A stretch of DNA of 64,000 nucleotides from Carcharhinus amblyrhynchos (taxonomy: Eukaryota): assembly GCA_965287045.1 (NCBI GenBank), contig OZ336872.1, positions 24,428,001 to 24,492,000 on the forward strand. The letters are read 5' to 3'. Position numbers and translations under genes: made by a program. Shown one piece after another: positions 12,617-24,944 of the stretch. The notes under the pieces are model-generated. The model searched no databases, was not told the DNA's origin, and saw only the letters and a program-made list of their open reading frames with translations. Numbering within the stretch: position 1 is the first letter of the stretch; every line of letters starts with the position of its first letter.

Positions 12617-12685
12617 CTTTTATTAGTGTCATAAATTGGCTTACACTAACACTTCAACAAAGTTACTGTGAAAATCCCCTAGTTA
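12617..12685 (-). mobile_element. V-SINE type B tail only
   Basis: tttattagtgtcataaattggcttacactaacacttcaacaaagttactgtgaaaatcccctag. Confidence 0.8.
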
Positions 12686-13624
12686 TCTAGGGGATTAACT
12701 AGTAATTATCTAGTAATCTGAGCTGGGGAAACCTCATCTTCCACCACTATATATCAGAAAATAAAGGTACAATGAACTCTGGATGAGAAATTTCAGCCAA
12801 ATTTCAATGCACCTTTGCATTGAAATTCTACTTTCTGTGAATCTGGTGGGTATTCTTTCCCATGATGGCAATGTTTTAGTAGAGCTGATTTACTTAAATG
12901 CTTAAGGCAGGAACCCAAAACTAGAATGGTAGGCCATTCATCCACATGAGTCAGTTCTGTATTAGATCATAGCAAATCTTTATCTCATGCTATTTCTCCA
13001 CCTTGGCTCCAGATTCCCTGGTAACCTTGCCAAACAAAGAATGTATTGTTGTCCATCGTGAAACTTTCAACTGATCTAGAATCACAGAGAATAAAATAAA
13101 CTACCTTAAAACATGTTCCTCAAAAGAACCCAATATATCAGGAAAGTTGAATATAATATTGAATACAAAGATAAAGTATGCTCTTCACAGCGTCTTAGAC
13201 AAAAGACACATATGGCTCTGCATAATTGTGATATAAGTTGCAACTTGCTATGTGATGATCTCTAATTAAATTTTCAATTACCTTTTCATTGCATGCAGAT
13301 TGCCAAAGGAGTTAAGTGCTTCTGAAATGTCTTTGTTTGTCAGGAGTCAATGTATCGACTTGATGATACACCCATGAACAAACTTATACTTCTTCCAACA
13401 CTCTCATGCAATATAAACCTGACACTGACAATCCCTTGAAACCACAGAACCCACTTCATAGCAGGATTAAATAGAAATTGCAATGAACAAATAAGCTGTT
13501 TGGCCTAAACAGGCTGTGCCAGTGTTTATCCTCCCCATGTGGCTGTGCCACATGTTTATCCTCCCAATCTGTTTGTTTTGACACACCATGAGAAAACTGC
13601 CAGGCCTTCGCTTTTAGCAAGGAA

Positions 13625-14099
13625 GTTATGTATGTGGTGTCTGTCTCTTTAAGACAGTACAGTTAGTCACCTAACCAATTTGAACGGAGAGTGAACGATC
13701 ATCCCACAGGCTGAAGTCCTTTCTTGAGCAGAATACATCTGGAAGCCATGTCGTAAGCATGTAAGGACTGGAACACTGCTCCAGATCCGTCTGGAGATGC
13801 AACTCTTGTGCCTATTTTTTCCTATCAGTAGAGGTTGAAATCTCTTGACAATGCTGGAATGCCACAACATAACAGAATTACATCTCAGTAGATAAATATG
13901 TGACTTGTACTTCATTACTTGAAAACACATACAAGTGCCAGGGCTTATTGAGTAGAGAACCAAGCACACTGGTACTGAGTCATATCGATCTGAGTGTCCC
14001 AGTTTTGGGGCTGTAATGCAGGGTTGACTACTATTGGGCATGGGACTGTACCAGAGCAGAATGTCCACATCAATCCCAGTTTCAGCTGTAAATACAACA
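13625..14099 (+). mobile_element. Possible solo LTR
   Basis: Begins gttatg, contains gtctctttaag and ccaat motifs, and ends ...tacaaca. The composition resembles fish Gypsy LTRs; no TSD confirmed. Confidence 0.3.
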
Positions 14100-14469
14100 C
14101 TATGTGGTGTGCTCCTGAACATTTGCCTTGAAACCAATGGAACATAGCACTTAGAACATTATAGTGCAATACTTTGGCCCTCGACGTAGCACCGACCTGT
14201 GAAACCAATCTAAAGCCCATCTAACCTACGCTACACTGCAATGGAAGGTAAAGTGGAATAGTGTGTAGAATGAGGATCTGATAGGGAAGAGTTAAAATTA
14301 ACCCTTTGTGCTTACACATTGCTGTACATTGATATGACAATGACAGAATGGTGCCACCTGAAAGCAATACAATCACATAACTTACACAGTGCAAATTTGA
14401 CTCCTACATTTAAACAGCACACTCCAGCTGTCATTTCTACTCATCTCTCTATTTCACTGTGTAAAATGA

Positions 14470-14740
14470 CAGCATGTTGGCACAGTGATTAGTACTGCCG
14501 TCTCATGGTGACAAGGACCTGGATTCGATTCCAGGCTTGGGTCCTGTCTGTGTGAAGTTTGCACATTCTCCCATGTCTGCATGGGTTTCTTCCAGGTGTT
14601 CTGGTTTCCTCCCACAGACTGAAAGACATGGTGGTTCGGTGCGTTGGCCTGAACAGGTGCTGGGGTGTGGCAACCAGGGGAATTTCACAGTAACTTCATT
14701 GCAGTGTTAATATAAGCCTTACTTGTGACTAATCACTAAA
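14470..14740 (+). mobile_element. V-SINE, tail type B
   Basis: Head, B-box ggattcgattcc, V-domain, tail aagccttacttgtgactaat. Confidence 0.9.
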
Positions 14741-15179
14741 CTTTAATTAATGACTTCTGATTTTGAATGTACCCTCTAAGAGATGATATATATTCATTAT
14801 AATGTAGGAAGATTTCAGATTTGTTGAGCTATAAAAGACAATATTCACTGCTCCACTTCGATCATCAGATTACATCATGTGCCTCCACTGAGGAAGTTAG
14901 AAAGTGATCAGGTCCCACAAGACCTCAGTACGTTTATTCCATTAGTAACTCAAAAATACAGCATAGGAGGATCCCAGATTTAACCCTGGTCTGCGCTGAG
15001 TTAGATAATCCTCAGGCAGGCCAGTGAAAATGTTATTGAAATAGCCATTGTATCACAGGATAGTGAGGCAAAAACTGGTCAGATTTGTCACAACTGACTA
15101 TGAGTTGGAAATATGTGATTGAGCTAGTATCAAATTCAGCAGTGAGAACCCTCCGCTTCCTCTCCCACATTGTGAAATA

Positions 15180-16260
15180 ATCTTCTTCTTCTTAGGCAAG
15201 GATGATTTGCTTCCACTTCAGTCCAAAAGGTTCTGAAATGTCTGAGAAGTCCAATGTGTGATCTAAAGACTCTGCCACATTCAGGATAGGTGGTACCTGA
15301 AGGGTTGGATAGATGAGGCCTTTGGTGGTTTTGTGCGTTTTCTGTCATGTCTCGACTTTGCCTCTGTGTTTTCCTAATTAAATCTCTGGATGAGTTTGAT
15401 GCCTTCTGGAATGATCCTTTTCCATTTCGGTTGGTGACAGGCCAGGATCTCCCGTGAGTTGGCAGGAATGATTAACCTCATCAGGGTTACTTTAAGGACA
15501 TCTCTAAAGTGCTTTTGCTGCACTCTGGAGACCTCCTGCTACAACTGTGTTCTGACTAGAACAGTTGCTTTGGGTCTTAGGCACACAAAGAATTCTCGGT
15601 GGAATTATTTAGGAGCCACTGAATGTTGGGTGAGTTGGTTTGGGAGAAGGCATTGCTGTTTGGACAGTCTTATCACTGGATTTGTAAGATCACACAAAGG
15701 CAGTACTGTCAACACTTTGAGGTTCCTGCTGTAGGTTATCCAAGGAGTATGGGGATCACTGTTGCCCACTAAACCATGACATAGGCTTCAGGTGTGAGAT
15801 CTTGGTCCTCCAATGCTTTTTTCCACAGTCAGCTGACACATTGGAGACAATGGTTAATTTCATCGACATTCAGGGTGATGTTGCCCTAAAATGGTCCACA
15901 TTTTCCAGGACCTCTCTGTTAATCTTATTCAGTGGAGAACAGGGATTGTGCACTGGGGGTTGGTTGAAAGAGGACCTTAGTTTTCTGGGTGTTTAGTGAA
16001 AGGTTCATTTTCCTATATGCTTTGGAGAAGGAGGGGGCAATGACCTGGAACTCAGTTTCTGAGTGAGTGCACACACAAGTATCATCGGATTCTGAAAATC
16101 AATGACTGAGGCTGAAGTGACTCAGGTTTCTGCTTAAAGGTGGCGTGGGCTGAATAGGTTTCTGTCTGTTCTGTAAATTACCTTCAAACCTGTGGGTAGT
16201 TTTCTACCACTCATCAAGACTCATACATGGTTAAAGATCACTTGAGGGAAATGCCTGAGA
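15180..16260 (-). mobile_element. Degraded RTE-clade LINE 3' portion
   Basis: Minus strand shows RT remnants (AHSETE..., FSKAYRKMNLSLNTQKTKVLFQP, ENVDHF), a C-terminal zinc-finger-like ECGRVFRSHIGLLRHFRT and a (gaa)n tail. Confidence 0.75.
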
Positions 16261-17154
16261 GTTCCCAGTACCCTGTCAATAGTACTCCAAAAGTGAGTCA
16301 ACACTTTAAGGAGGGTAGGAGGAAAGGAAACCAGCAAGACTTTAGGGCAAATTGTTTCCTGCTGAGGTGAAAAGATACTTTTTTAATGCTGGCGAGATGG
16401 GATAAATCTGCCAATCTTCTCCATTCACTGGCACTGTTCTTCCAAAGTTTACCAGATCTTTACATATATATTAAAAAACTTACCTTCGAGCATGTTGAGT
16501 CAGCCTGGCAGTGTCATAATTTTTTGATGCAACAGGATTGATGGATACTCATGTTTTGACACAGCAGAACACAGTAACAGGCATTGGTAAGTCTGGGGGA
16601 GACAGCATCTAGGTGCCAATGGTAAAGTATAATGTGCTGTCTTATTCCAGGTCTACGCAGTTGTTGAACAGAAAAATGTGATAAAAGCCATGTTTATAAA
16701 CATGGACCCATCAAACAAATCTGAACAAGAACCCCAAGTTATGGATTCAAACACGATTTGCAATTACAACTTCTGTTGCAAGAGCAATGAAGAAAAGTTA
16801 ATACTATAACTGCAATTAGTGGGTTGGCTTTGAACTTTGATTTGCTTATACTCTGTAATTTTCTCTTCAACCACACAATTGAGCATTGTTTTTTTTCCCA
16901 CTGTTTCAAAGAAAATGTTAATTCAGCAACTTCATTTATTAAAAAAAGTTACATGTGAAGACATCCCATCTTCCGTGGGGAACTTTGATGAAAACAGTAC
17001 TTTCTGAATAACTAGAGAAAATGTCTTTTGTGTTAAATTAAAAATAATATGGTAACAAACCTTTCAATTGAAATGAGCAGTTTTAGCCCAAAAAAAGGCT
17101 CCAGGTGTTGTAAACTCTCCTTAACTCTAAATTCTAGCACAACAAAATAATTTA

Positions 17155-17895
17155 AATTGCTCGGTTGGCACCACATTGACAAACATCCACTCCCTTCACC
17201 ACCAATGCTCAGTAGCAGCAGTGTGTGCTATCGAAAAGATGCACTGCAGAAATTCACCAGACATCCTCCGACAGCACCTTCCAAACCCACGGCCACTTTC
17301 ATCTAGAAGGACAAGGGCAGCAGATACATTGGAACATCACCACCTGCAAAATCCCCCCCCCATGCCACTCACCATCCTGATTTGGAAATAAATCACCGTT
17401 CCTTCGGCGTCAAAATCCTGGAGTTCCCTCCCTAATGGCATTGTGGTTCAACACATAGCACGTAGATTGCAATGTTTCAAGAAGGCAGCTCACCACCCCT
17501 TTCTCAAAGGCGGTATGGTGGCACAGTGGTTAGCACTGCTGCCTCACAGTGCCAGGGACCTGGGTTCAATTCCCAGCTTGGGTCACTGTCTGTGTGGGGT
17601 TTACACATTCTCCCCATGTTTGCATCGGTTTCCCCCAAGTACTCTGGTTTCCCTCTCACTGTTCAAAGATGTGTAGGTTAGGTGCATTTGGCCATATTAA
17701 ATTACCCCTGGGATAAACAGATTAGTGGGCTAAATATGTGAGGTTACGGAGATAGGGCCTGGGTGAGATTGTTGCTGGTGCAGACTCGATGGGCTGAATG
17801 GCCTCCTTCTACATATAGGGTTTCTATGGTTTTTAACTCGGCATGAGCAATAAATACTGTCCAGGCATCGATGTCCATGTCCCATGAATGAATAT
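17155..17895 (+). mobile_element. CR1/L2-group LINE 3' end, split by V-SINE 17509-17830
   Basis: ORF 17176-17391 NIHSLHHQCSVAAVCAIEKMHC...RRTRAA. The tail resumes after the SINE (gagcaataaatactg...cccatgaatgaa). Confidence 0.8.
17509..17830 (+). mobile_element. V-SINE, tail type A
   Basis: Full head, V-domain and gcagactcgatgggctgaatggcctccttct tail. Confidence 0.9.
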
Positions 17896-18327
17896 AAAAA
17901 AGTTGATTGAGCTAGGTTAATCAATGGTATCTGTATTTACCTGAGATTTTGCCCTATCTATACAAGCAGGCATAATGTCACAGATAAAATTCACAAGAGG
18001 TTTCTCTCTTTTCTGAAATAGAAAGTATAAAGATTATTATATAATTTCACAAGTACATCTTCAGAAGATGCGATATATGTCAGTTTGGATCCATCCCTGA
18101 TTGGGGAGAATATATCTACTAAACTTCATAGATTTTCCTGGGGATCCCTGCCTGACTTCAGGTAACACAAAGGTAGCATCATAGTGGAACTGAAGCAAAA
18201 CCTTCTTGTTTCAGAAAATGGCTGTCAGAGTTTCTCTTTACCTATAGCCACAGATCTCTGTGCTCACCCATTGGGGAAAGTACATCGGCATGGAAGTTAT
18301 GTTGAATCTTTATAAAACTGGGGTTCG

Positions 18328-18501
18328 ATTTTATGAAGTCTGCCTCAGCTCTAATTAATGTGCAAGGACATTAGCAGGAGTTTCAAGTAACTTCTTACAG
18401 TTCATGAAATAACTTTTTCACACGTCACAGCTGTGTATCACTGTGCACTTTTCAAATCAGCTTATTTAAGACAGTTGTGAGTTACATAAGGCATTCACTT
18501 T
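18328..18501 (+). repeat. 174-bp direct duplicate of 24535-24708
   Basis: Ungapped alignment, 12 mismatches by manual count. Confidence 0.95.
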
Positions 18502-19123
18502 AGGGATCTTTCTATTCAACTGTAGTAGTGTCCAATTTTACGTGACTTAAAGTAGGAAGAGGTGCCTGTTGTAACATGTCTATCTTCCAATGATTTCCTT
18601 TAACTTCTACCCAATGCCAACTTCAAGAAACAATGTACCAATGTATAATGTTGGCACTGATGGTATTTGTGTCCCATGGATAGAAATATTCTTCATTCAC
18701 ACTGGAAACATTAAAGTCTAAACGTGATTGTCAACATCTATTGCACGCTGAGGTAGTTGTTAAGTACTGTACAAAATCTAAAGAGCAAAATTAATTTGAG
18801 GGTAGTTTGGTGAAATACCATTCTTCCGATGGTGAAGTAATTGATGAGGGTATACTAGTTTAGCAGTAAGGACCTTCCATCCACAAAAGGTTAAATTCAA
18901 GGTTTATTTTTGTGTCACAAATAGGCTTACATTAACACTGCAATAACATTACTGTGAAAATCTCCTAGTCACTATACACCGGCGCCTGTTCAGGGATACT
19001 GAGGGAGAATTTAGCATGGCCAATGCACCAAACCAACACATCTTTCGGACTGTGGGAGGAAACTGGGGCACGTGGATGGGAACCACACAGATAAAGGGGG
19101 AACGTATAGACTGCGCGCAGACA

Positions 19124-19372
19124 CCTACCAACCATCTCTAAGGTCATGTACCAACCAAGTCAAGAACAACCTCTTCTCTACTGCCATCAGACTTTAGAAT
19201 GGACCTTCCTCATATTAAGCTGATCTTTCTCTACATCCTAGCTATGACTAACATTACATTCTGCACTGTCTCCTTTCCTTCTCTATGAACAGTATCCTTT
19301 GTCGGTTTAGCGCACAAGAAGTATTACTTTTCCCTGTATACTTACACATGTGACAATTATGAATCAAATCAA
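19124..19372 (+). mobile_element. Rex1/Babar 3' tail fragment
   Basis: Homologous to 6833-7100; ends catgtgacaattatgaatcaaatcaa; TSD agaca. Confidence 0.85.
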
Positions 19373-19393
19373 AGACAGTGACCCAAGCCAGGA

Positions 19394-20967
19394 CCGGATG
19401 GAATGCATCCGAGGGTTCTGAAAGAAATGGCGGAGGTGATAGTGGATGCCTTGGTGGTTATTTTCCAGACGTCGCTGGATTCCGGGGAAGTGCCGGAAGA
19501 TTGGAAAACGGCTAATGTTACGCCGTTGTTTAAGAAGGGTGCCAGGCAAAAGGCAGGGAATTATAGGCCGGTTAGTTTAATGTCGGTTGTAGGTAAAATG
19601 TTAGAATCCGTCATCAAGGAGGAAATAGCGAGGCATCTTGAGAGAAAGTGCTTGATAGAGCAGACGCAGCACGATTTCGTTAAAGGGAAGTCGTGTCTGA
19701 CAAATTCACTGGAGTTCTATGAGGATGTGTCTAAGGCGGTGGTTAGAGGAGAGCCGGTGGATGTGGTCTTTCTAGATTTTCAGAAGGCGTTTGACAAGGT
19801 ACCTCACAAGAGGTTATTGCAGAAGGTCAGGGGACATGGTGTTGGGGGTAGGGTGTTAGCGTGGATAGAGGATTGGTTGTCAAATAGGAGGCAGAGAGTG
19901 GGGGTCAATGGGTGCTATTCGGATTGGTGGATGGTGACTAGTGGAGTGCCCCAGGGGTCGGTGCTGGGGCCTCAGCTATTTACCATTTATATAGATGATC
20001 TGGAGGAGGGAACCAAGTGTAGGGTGTCGAAATTTGCTGATGACACCAAGATTGGTGGAACGGCAAATTGAGCGGGGGGTGTGGAGAGTCTGCAGAAGGA
20101 TCTAGATAAGCTGGGCGAATGGGCCAGGAAATGGCAAATGGAATTTAATGTTGGCAAGTGCGAGGTGGTCCACTTTGGTAGGAAGAATGGTAGGAAGGAC
20201 TATTACTTAAGTGGCGAAAAACTGCAGGAGGTGACGGTGCAGAGGGACCTCGGGGTCCTTGTGCATGAGTCGCAAAAACCCAGCTTGCAGGTGCAGCAGG
20301 TGGTCAGGAAGGCGAATGGGATGCTGGCCTTCATAGCAAGGGGGATTGAATATAAAAGTAGGGAGGTCTTGCTGCAGCTGTATAGGGCATTGGTGAGGCT
20401 GCAGCTGGAGTACTGTGTGCAGTTTTGGGCGCCGTACTTACGCAAGGATATTTTGGCCTTGGAGGGAGTGCAGAGGAGGTTTACTAGGCTGATGCCGGAG
20501 TTGAGGGGGTTGAGCTATGAGGAGAGGCTGAATAAATTAGGCTTGTACTCGTTAGAGTTTAGAAGAATGAGGGAAGATCTCATTGAGACGTATAAGATGA
20601 TGAATGGGATGGATAGGATAGAGGTGGAGAGACTCTTCCCGCTCAGAAAGGATAGTAGGACTAGGGGACACAGCCTCAAGATAAAGGGGGGGCGGTTTAG
20701 AACGGAGTTGAGGAGGAACTTCTTCACTCAAAGGATGATGAATCTCTGGAATTCTCTGCCCGTTGAAGTGGTGGAGGCTACCTCGCTAAATATTTTTAAG
20801 ACGCGGGTTGATGGGTTTTTGATAAGCGAGGGGATTAAGGGTTATGGGGAGAGGGCGGGAATGTGGAACTGAGCCACGACAGATCAGCCATGATCTTATT
20901 GAATGGCGGGGCAGGCTCGAAGGGCTAGATGGCCTACTCCTGCTCCTATTTCTTATGTTCTTATGTT
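19394..20967 (+). mobile_element. Young 5'-truncated CR1 LINE (RT domain, one premature stop)
   Basis: ORFs 19403-20071 and 20081-20872 carry [34 protein letters not shown] and FADDTK. TGA at 20069-20071 where copy 32878 has TGC; (tcttatgt)n tail. Confidence 0.97.
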
Positions 20968-21553
20968 ATTAAACCCAGGTTCCTAGTTCTGTGAGGCAGC
21001 ATTGCTAGCCACTATGCCAACACACCACCCCCTAAGAGGGCAAAAAGCAGCAGGACATCAAATCCTTAATCATGGCAAAGGTTGAGGAGTTGGACTTAGG
21101 CATTTTAGACTAGACAGGACATTAAAAATAACTGTTTCCATTAGAAAAAGGGTACGCTATCTGTAGAATTTATACTGCATTGAAAAAGCCTTTGTAGTGT
21201 TCACACCTAAACAATATTCATAGCTGCAATATCATTTCACATCCTTTCGGGAAAGGGCGTTCACAGACCTCAGAAGATCCCTCCCATTAACCTCCCTTAA
21301 TCAGATAATTAGTACCTTAATTTCATTCCAGACTGGGTTTTGTTTTCTTAACTATATCCTTCATGGAAGAAACTAGATAGCCCAAAACAGAGTGTTGTCT
21401 TTCACTGAGTCAGACTCATGTTATTAAAATCTTTCTTTTCTTTTGACTTTTGACCCGTGTAAATGCTGTAGGAGAAATATAGTAGTGAGAAAATTTCATC
21501 GTTCTTAATGAAACATTTTCATTATTGACCATAATATGATACACATAGAAAAG

Positions 21554-22797
21554 TGTTACAATTTCAGTTGATGTTATAATTGGATGGAAAGATCCCAGAG
21601 TGGAGCCTAACACAAAAGACCATAACTTTTACTTTTTTTAAAAAACATGGAGAAACAGTCACAAGACCATTAAAAACTTTTAACAGCAAGAAAAAAAATC
21701 ATTTATTAAACATGAAATAAATTGGATGATGATACAATACCCCTTTACTCCTCATTTAGTTTAACAATTACACACAAGTTTTAAGATTAACACAGATGAC
21801 AAAGTACATTTGAAATTACAGTGGTCTCATTAACACGTGAAGTCCAATCTTAAAGCACACAGATTGTCTGTGGTCAAACACACACTCCGCTTTGAACCCA
21901 AAGTAGTGCCTGTGGATTTCTCCTCAGAATCCAACCCTATGATTATCGCATGAGGGTTTTCAAACTCCACTTTCAAAATCACGCTTTAAAATCGTCTCTC
22001 ACAATAATGTTTTCCCTTAACGTATTGCATTCCAAAATCCAGGCCAGGTTTTCCAAATGACACTTTTAAATAATTTTAAATAACCCCAATTTTAACAGTG
22101 AATCCAGTACATGACTTTACACCAAACCCTTTAAGGATGCCTTTGTCTTCACTGCTATGCCAACTTTCACAATTGAGCTAACTCTTAATTCCCATGTTGT
22201 ATTAATATGACATCAAATGTTTCATTTACCTCTGGAGTCTGCTGTCTTACTTTAACTCTGGTTACTATAATTGTCTCTTTAACTCAGGACACTCTGTTTA
22301 CACTTCCTTGAATTCTTCTGAATGCCTTGGTCTATGTTCACTTAATTCCAGTCGTCTCAAGAAATGCTTTCTGTCTCAGTTCCCCAGTTATCTGGACAGG
22401 AACTGGTATTGTAAGAAATCTGCCTCTTTGCAGCCCCCACCCTGTCCAGTCTTTCTTCTGGCATGATTGAGAGGTGTTCACTTCCTGATGTCCTGTCTCC
22501 AAATGCAACCAGCTAAAACTAAAACATAAAAGCTTTTTTTTAATCCTTATAAGTGTCTCTAGTTGCTAAGCAACCCGTGCTAGTCCTTCACGCTGCAACA
22601 CTCTTTAAGCATAATAGAATCACAGTAGGAATTGAAAACAGCCCACACACAAACACCTCTGTCCAGCGTGAAGCTAACTCCAGGTTTTACCCTTCCAGGC
22701 ACAGAGACATGAAATTAAACCCATATAAAACTATACCTTATTTCTAATGCTTTCCAATACCAATATAAATCACTTAAAATTATCTCCATTTTCTGAA
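21554..22797 (-). mobile_element. Possible solo LTR / unclassified interspersed repeat
   Basis: Starts tgttacaa, has a minus-strand AATAAA near its left end and LTR-like composition; right terminus degraded. Confidence 0.35.
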
Positions 22798-22948
22798 AAA
22801 AGGGCAATGATTTTGGTTGGGATAGGTAGTGACAAAATTCTCTTCTCAAGCCATTGGCAATATTTGTAACTTGGGGAGACATTAACCTTCAAAAACTGTG
22901 AGCTCAGGCTCACTCCGAAGTTTGAACTGATTTCTCAGTGCTGTAAAG

Positions 22949-23227
22949 TTTATTTATTAGTGTCACAAACAGGCTTACATTAACACTGCAATGAAAATCC
23001 CCTATTCACCTCTCCGGCACCTGTTCAGGTATACTGAGAGAGAATTTAGCATGGTCACCTAACCAGCTTTCTGACTGAGGGAGGAAACCGGAGCACATTG
23101 AGGAAACCTACGCAGACAAGTGGAGAATTTAAAGCTCCACACAGACAGTGACTGAAGCTGAGAATTGAACTCAGGTCCCTGGCGCTGTGAGGCAGCAGTG
23201 CTAACCACTATGCCACTATGCCACCCC
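22949..23227 (-). mobile_element. V-SINE, tail type B
   Basis: tttatttattagtgtcac... tail through head gcagcagtgctaaccactatgccac. Confidence 0.9.
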
Positions 23228-23797
23228 TGCCACAGTACTGAGGGCATGCTGCTTCATCAGCAATGGTGTCTTTCAGATCATAAATTAACTGAGGGAAAAA
23301 AATCAGAGGCATAACTTACATTTTCAAATCCACAATCATATGTGTCCTTTATTAATAGTCAGAAAATCTTTACTGACCCATTCTGAAGCCCACTTTTATA
23401 TCGATCATAATTGCTACCAAGTCCATAAGAAGGGAAGGAATTAAAGTCATATCTTTTCTTATGTCTGTCCTTTCTCCAGGATTTATTCAGTTTGTCTAAC
23501 TATATCAACTGTCTAACATTTTTCAAATACTTTCAACTTTGGGTTCCCATCTTCTGTATAATCATGTCCTGCATTCCTTTCCTGCCCATTCTTTGCCTTT
23601 TTGTATTAACCTTGCCTCAAAATCCAGATTATCAAACATGCAACAGTCTGACTAAGACAGAAACTTGTGTAGAATTGTAACTATCTATTCCAATGAATTA
23701 ACTTTAGTTGTATGTGACATTGTACCTCCTTAAAAAACTTGATGCAGTGATGAGAACATTCTTTTGAATTAATGTTCAGAAATCTCAGATTACACCT

Positions 23798-24119
23798 CAT
23801 GGAATCATAGAATCCCTACAGTGCATGAAGGAGACCATTTAGTCCACTGAGTCCACACCAACCACAATCCCACCCAGGCCCCATTCCTGTAACCCCGCAT
23901 ATTTACCCCATACTCCCCTGACAATAGGGTCAATTTAGCATGGCCAATCAACCTAACCTGCGCATCTGTGGACTGTGGGTGGAAACTGGAGCACCTGGAA
24001 GAAACCCACAGAGACACGGGGAGAATATACAAACTCCACACAGACAGTGACCTGAATTGAACCTGGGTCCCTGGCGCTGTGAGGCAACAGTGCTCCCCAT
24101 TGTGCCATCGTGCCGCCCC
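23798..24119 (-). mobile_element. V-SINE, tail type A
   Basis: catagaatccctacagtgca... tail through head tgccatcgtgccgcccc. Confidence 0.9.
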
Positions 24120-24122
24120 AAA

Positions 24123-24203
24123 TGTTTCTGCCCGGGTTCGAACAGAGGGCTTTTCACATGTAAGGCGAATGTGATAACCACTACAGAATAACCATTACAG
24201 AAA
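24123..24203 (-). pseudogene. tRNA-Val pseudogene (AAC/CAC-type body, anticodon reads TAC)
   Basis: Minus strand tctgtagtggttatcacattcgccTTACAtgtgaaaagccctctgttcgaacccgggcagaaaca matches vertebrate tRNA-Val. It shows CpG-type decay and a rearranged, duplicated 5' end. Confidence 0.85.
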
Positions 24204-24534
24204 TACTGTGATAAAGTAGAATAAGCCCCTTTGGAAGATTATGGTGAAATTAATAATTTGAGGATGTATGTTCACTTGGCATTACTTAACACAAGCTCAG
24301 AGTTCATCCCATTGGTGAATATATAAATGAAGATTCATTTATGAATTATGCATTAGTAAATGCTTACTTGTCCTGCGACGGCTGTCTGATATAACTCCAA
24401 ATAATTAAATTCTCCGCTCTAGCCACTTGTACATTTGGACAGCTTCAGATAGCTAATCAATGGAGGTTGTTTATGCAGCTAAGCAGGAACTATTGAATTA
24501 TTCAGCTATGGTAACTGAGGAAACTTCTATAAAT

Positions 24535-24708
24535 ATTTGATGAGGTCTGCTGCAGTTCTAATTAATGTGCAAAGACATTAGCAGGAGTTTCAAGTAACTT
24601 CTTACAGTTCATGAAGTAACTTTTTCACACATTACAGTTGTGTATCACTGTGCACTTTTCAAATCAGCTTATTTAAGACAGTTGTGGGTTACATAAGGCA
24701 TTCATTTT
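24535..24708 (+). repeat. Likely source copy of the 174-bp duplicate
   Basis: Embedded in continuous unique sequence 24210-24830. Confidence 0.9.
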
Positions 24709-24944
24709 TGAAATGCAGTGAAATGCTATTTAAACCACCCCTTAATACTCCTGCACCTAATTTGTCTGCATGTATTTAATTGACATTTGAAAAAAAGTGA
24801 GGCATATCAACTAGCAAACAGCTGATAGATTCAGTCATGAAGAACAGGATATAGAAAGAAAATTAAGTGTGGGATTAAAGAGGGGGTTCAGGGGAAATGT
24901 TTTACACAAAGTAATTGTGATGCTATGGAATACAGAGAGTGGAA

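Larger units (their letters stand above)
18903..21032 (-). mobile_element. V-SINE type B split into three pieces (18903-19123, 19373-19393, 20968-21032)
   Basis: The pieces join collinearly to the SINE consensus after removing the Rex1 and CR1 inserts. Confidence 0.9.

Noticed and set aside
13513-13566. Short direct repeat gctgtgcca..tgtttatcctccc as CRISPR-like array
   Set aside because: Only two units with no spacers in a eukaryotic context; a simple tandem duplication.
13667-14137. 156-aa minus-strand ORF
   Set aside because: No domain resemblance; lies in a probable LTR-like repeat.
19403-20872. Reverse transcriptase as a retron, DGR or domesticated host gene; TGA at 20069 as programmed read-through
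   Set aside because: Standard 5'-truncated CR1 with tail; the sibling copy has TGC at that codon, so the stop is a point mutation.
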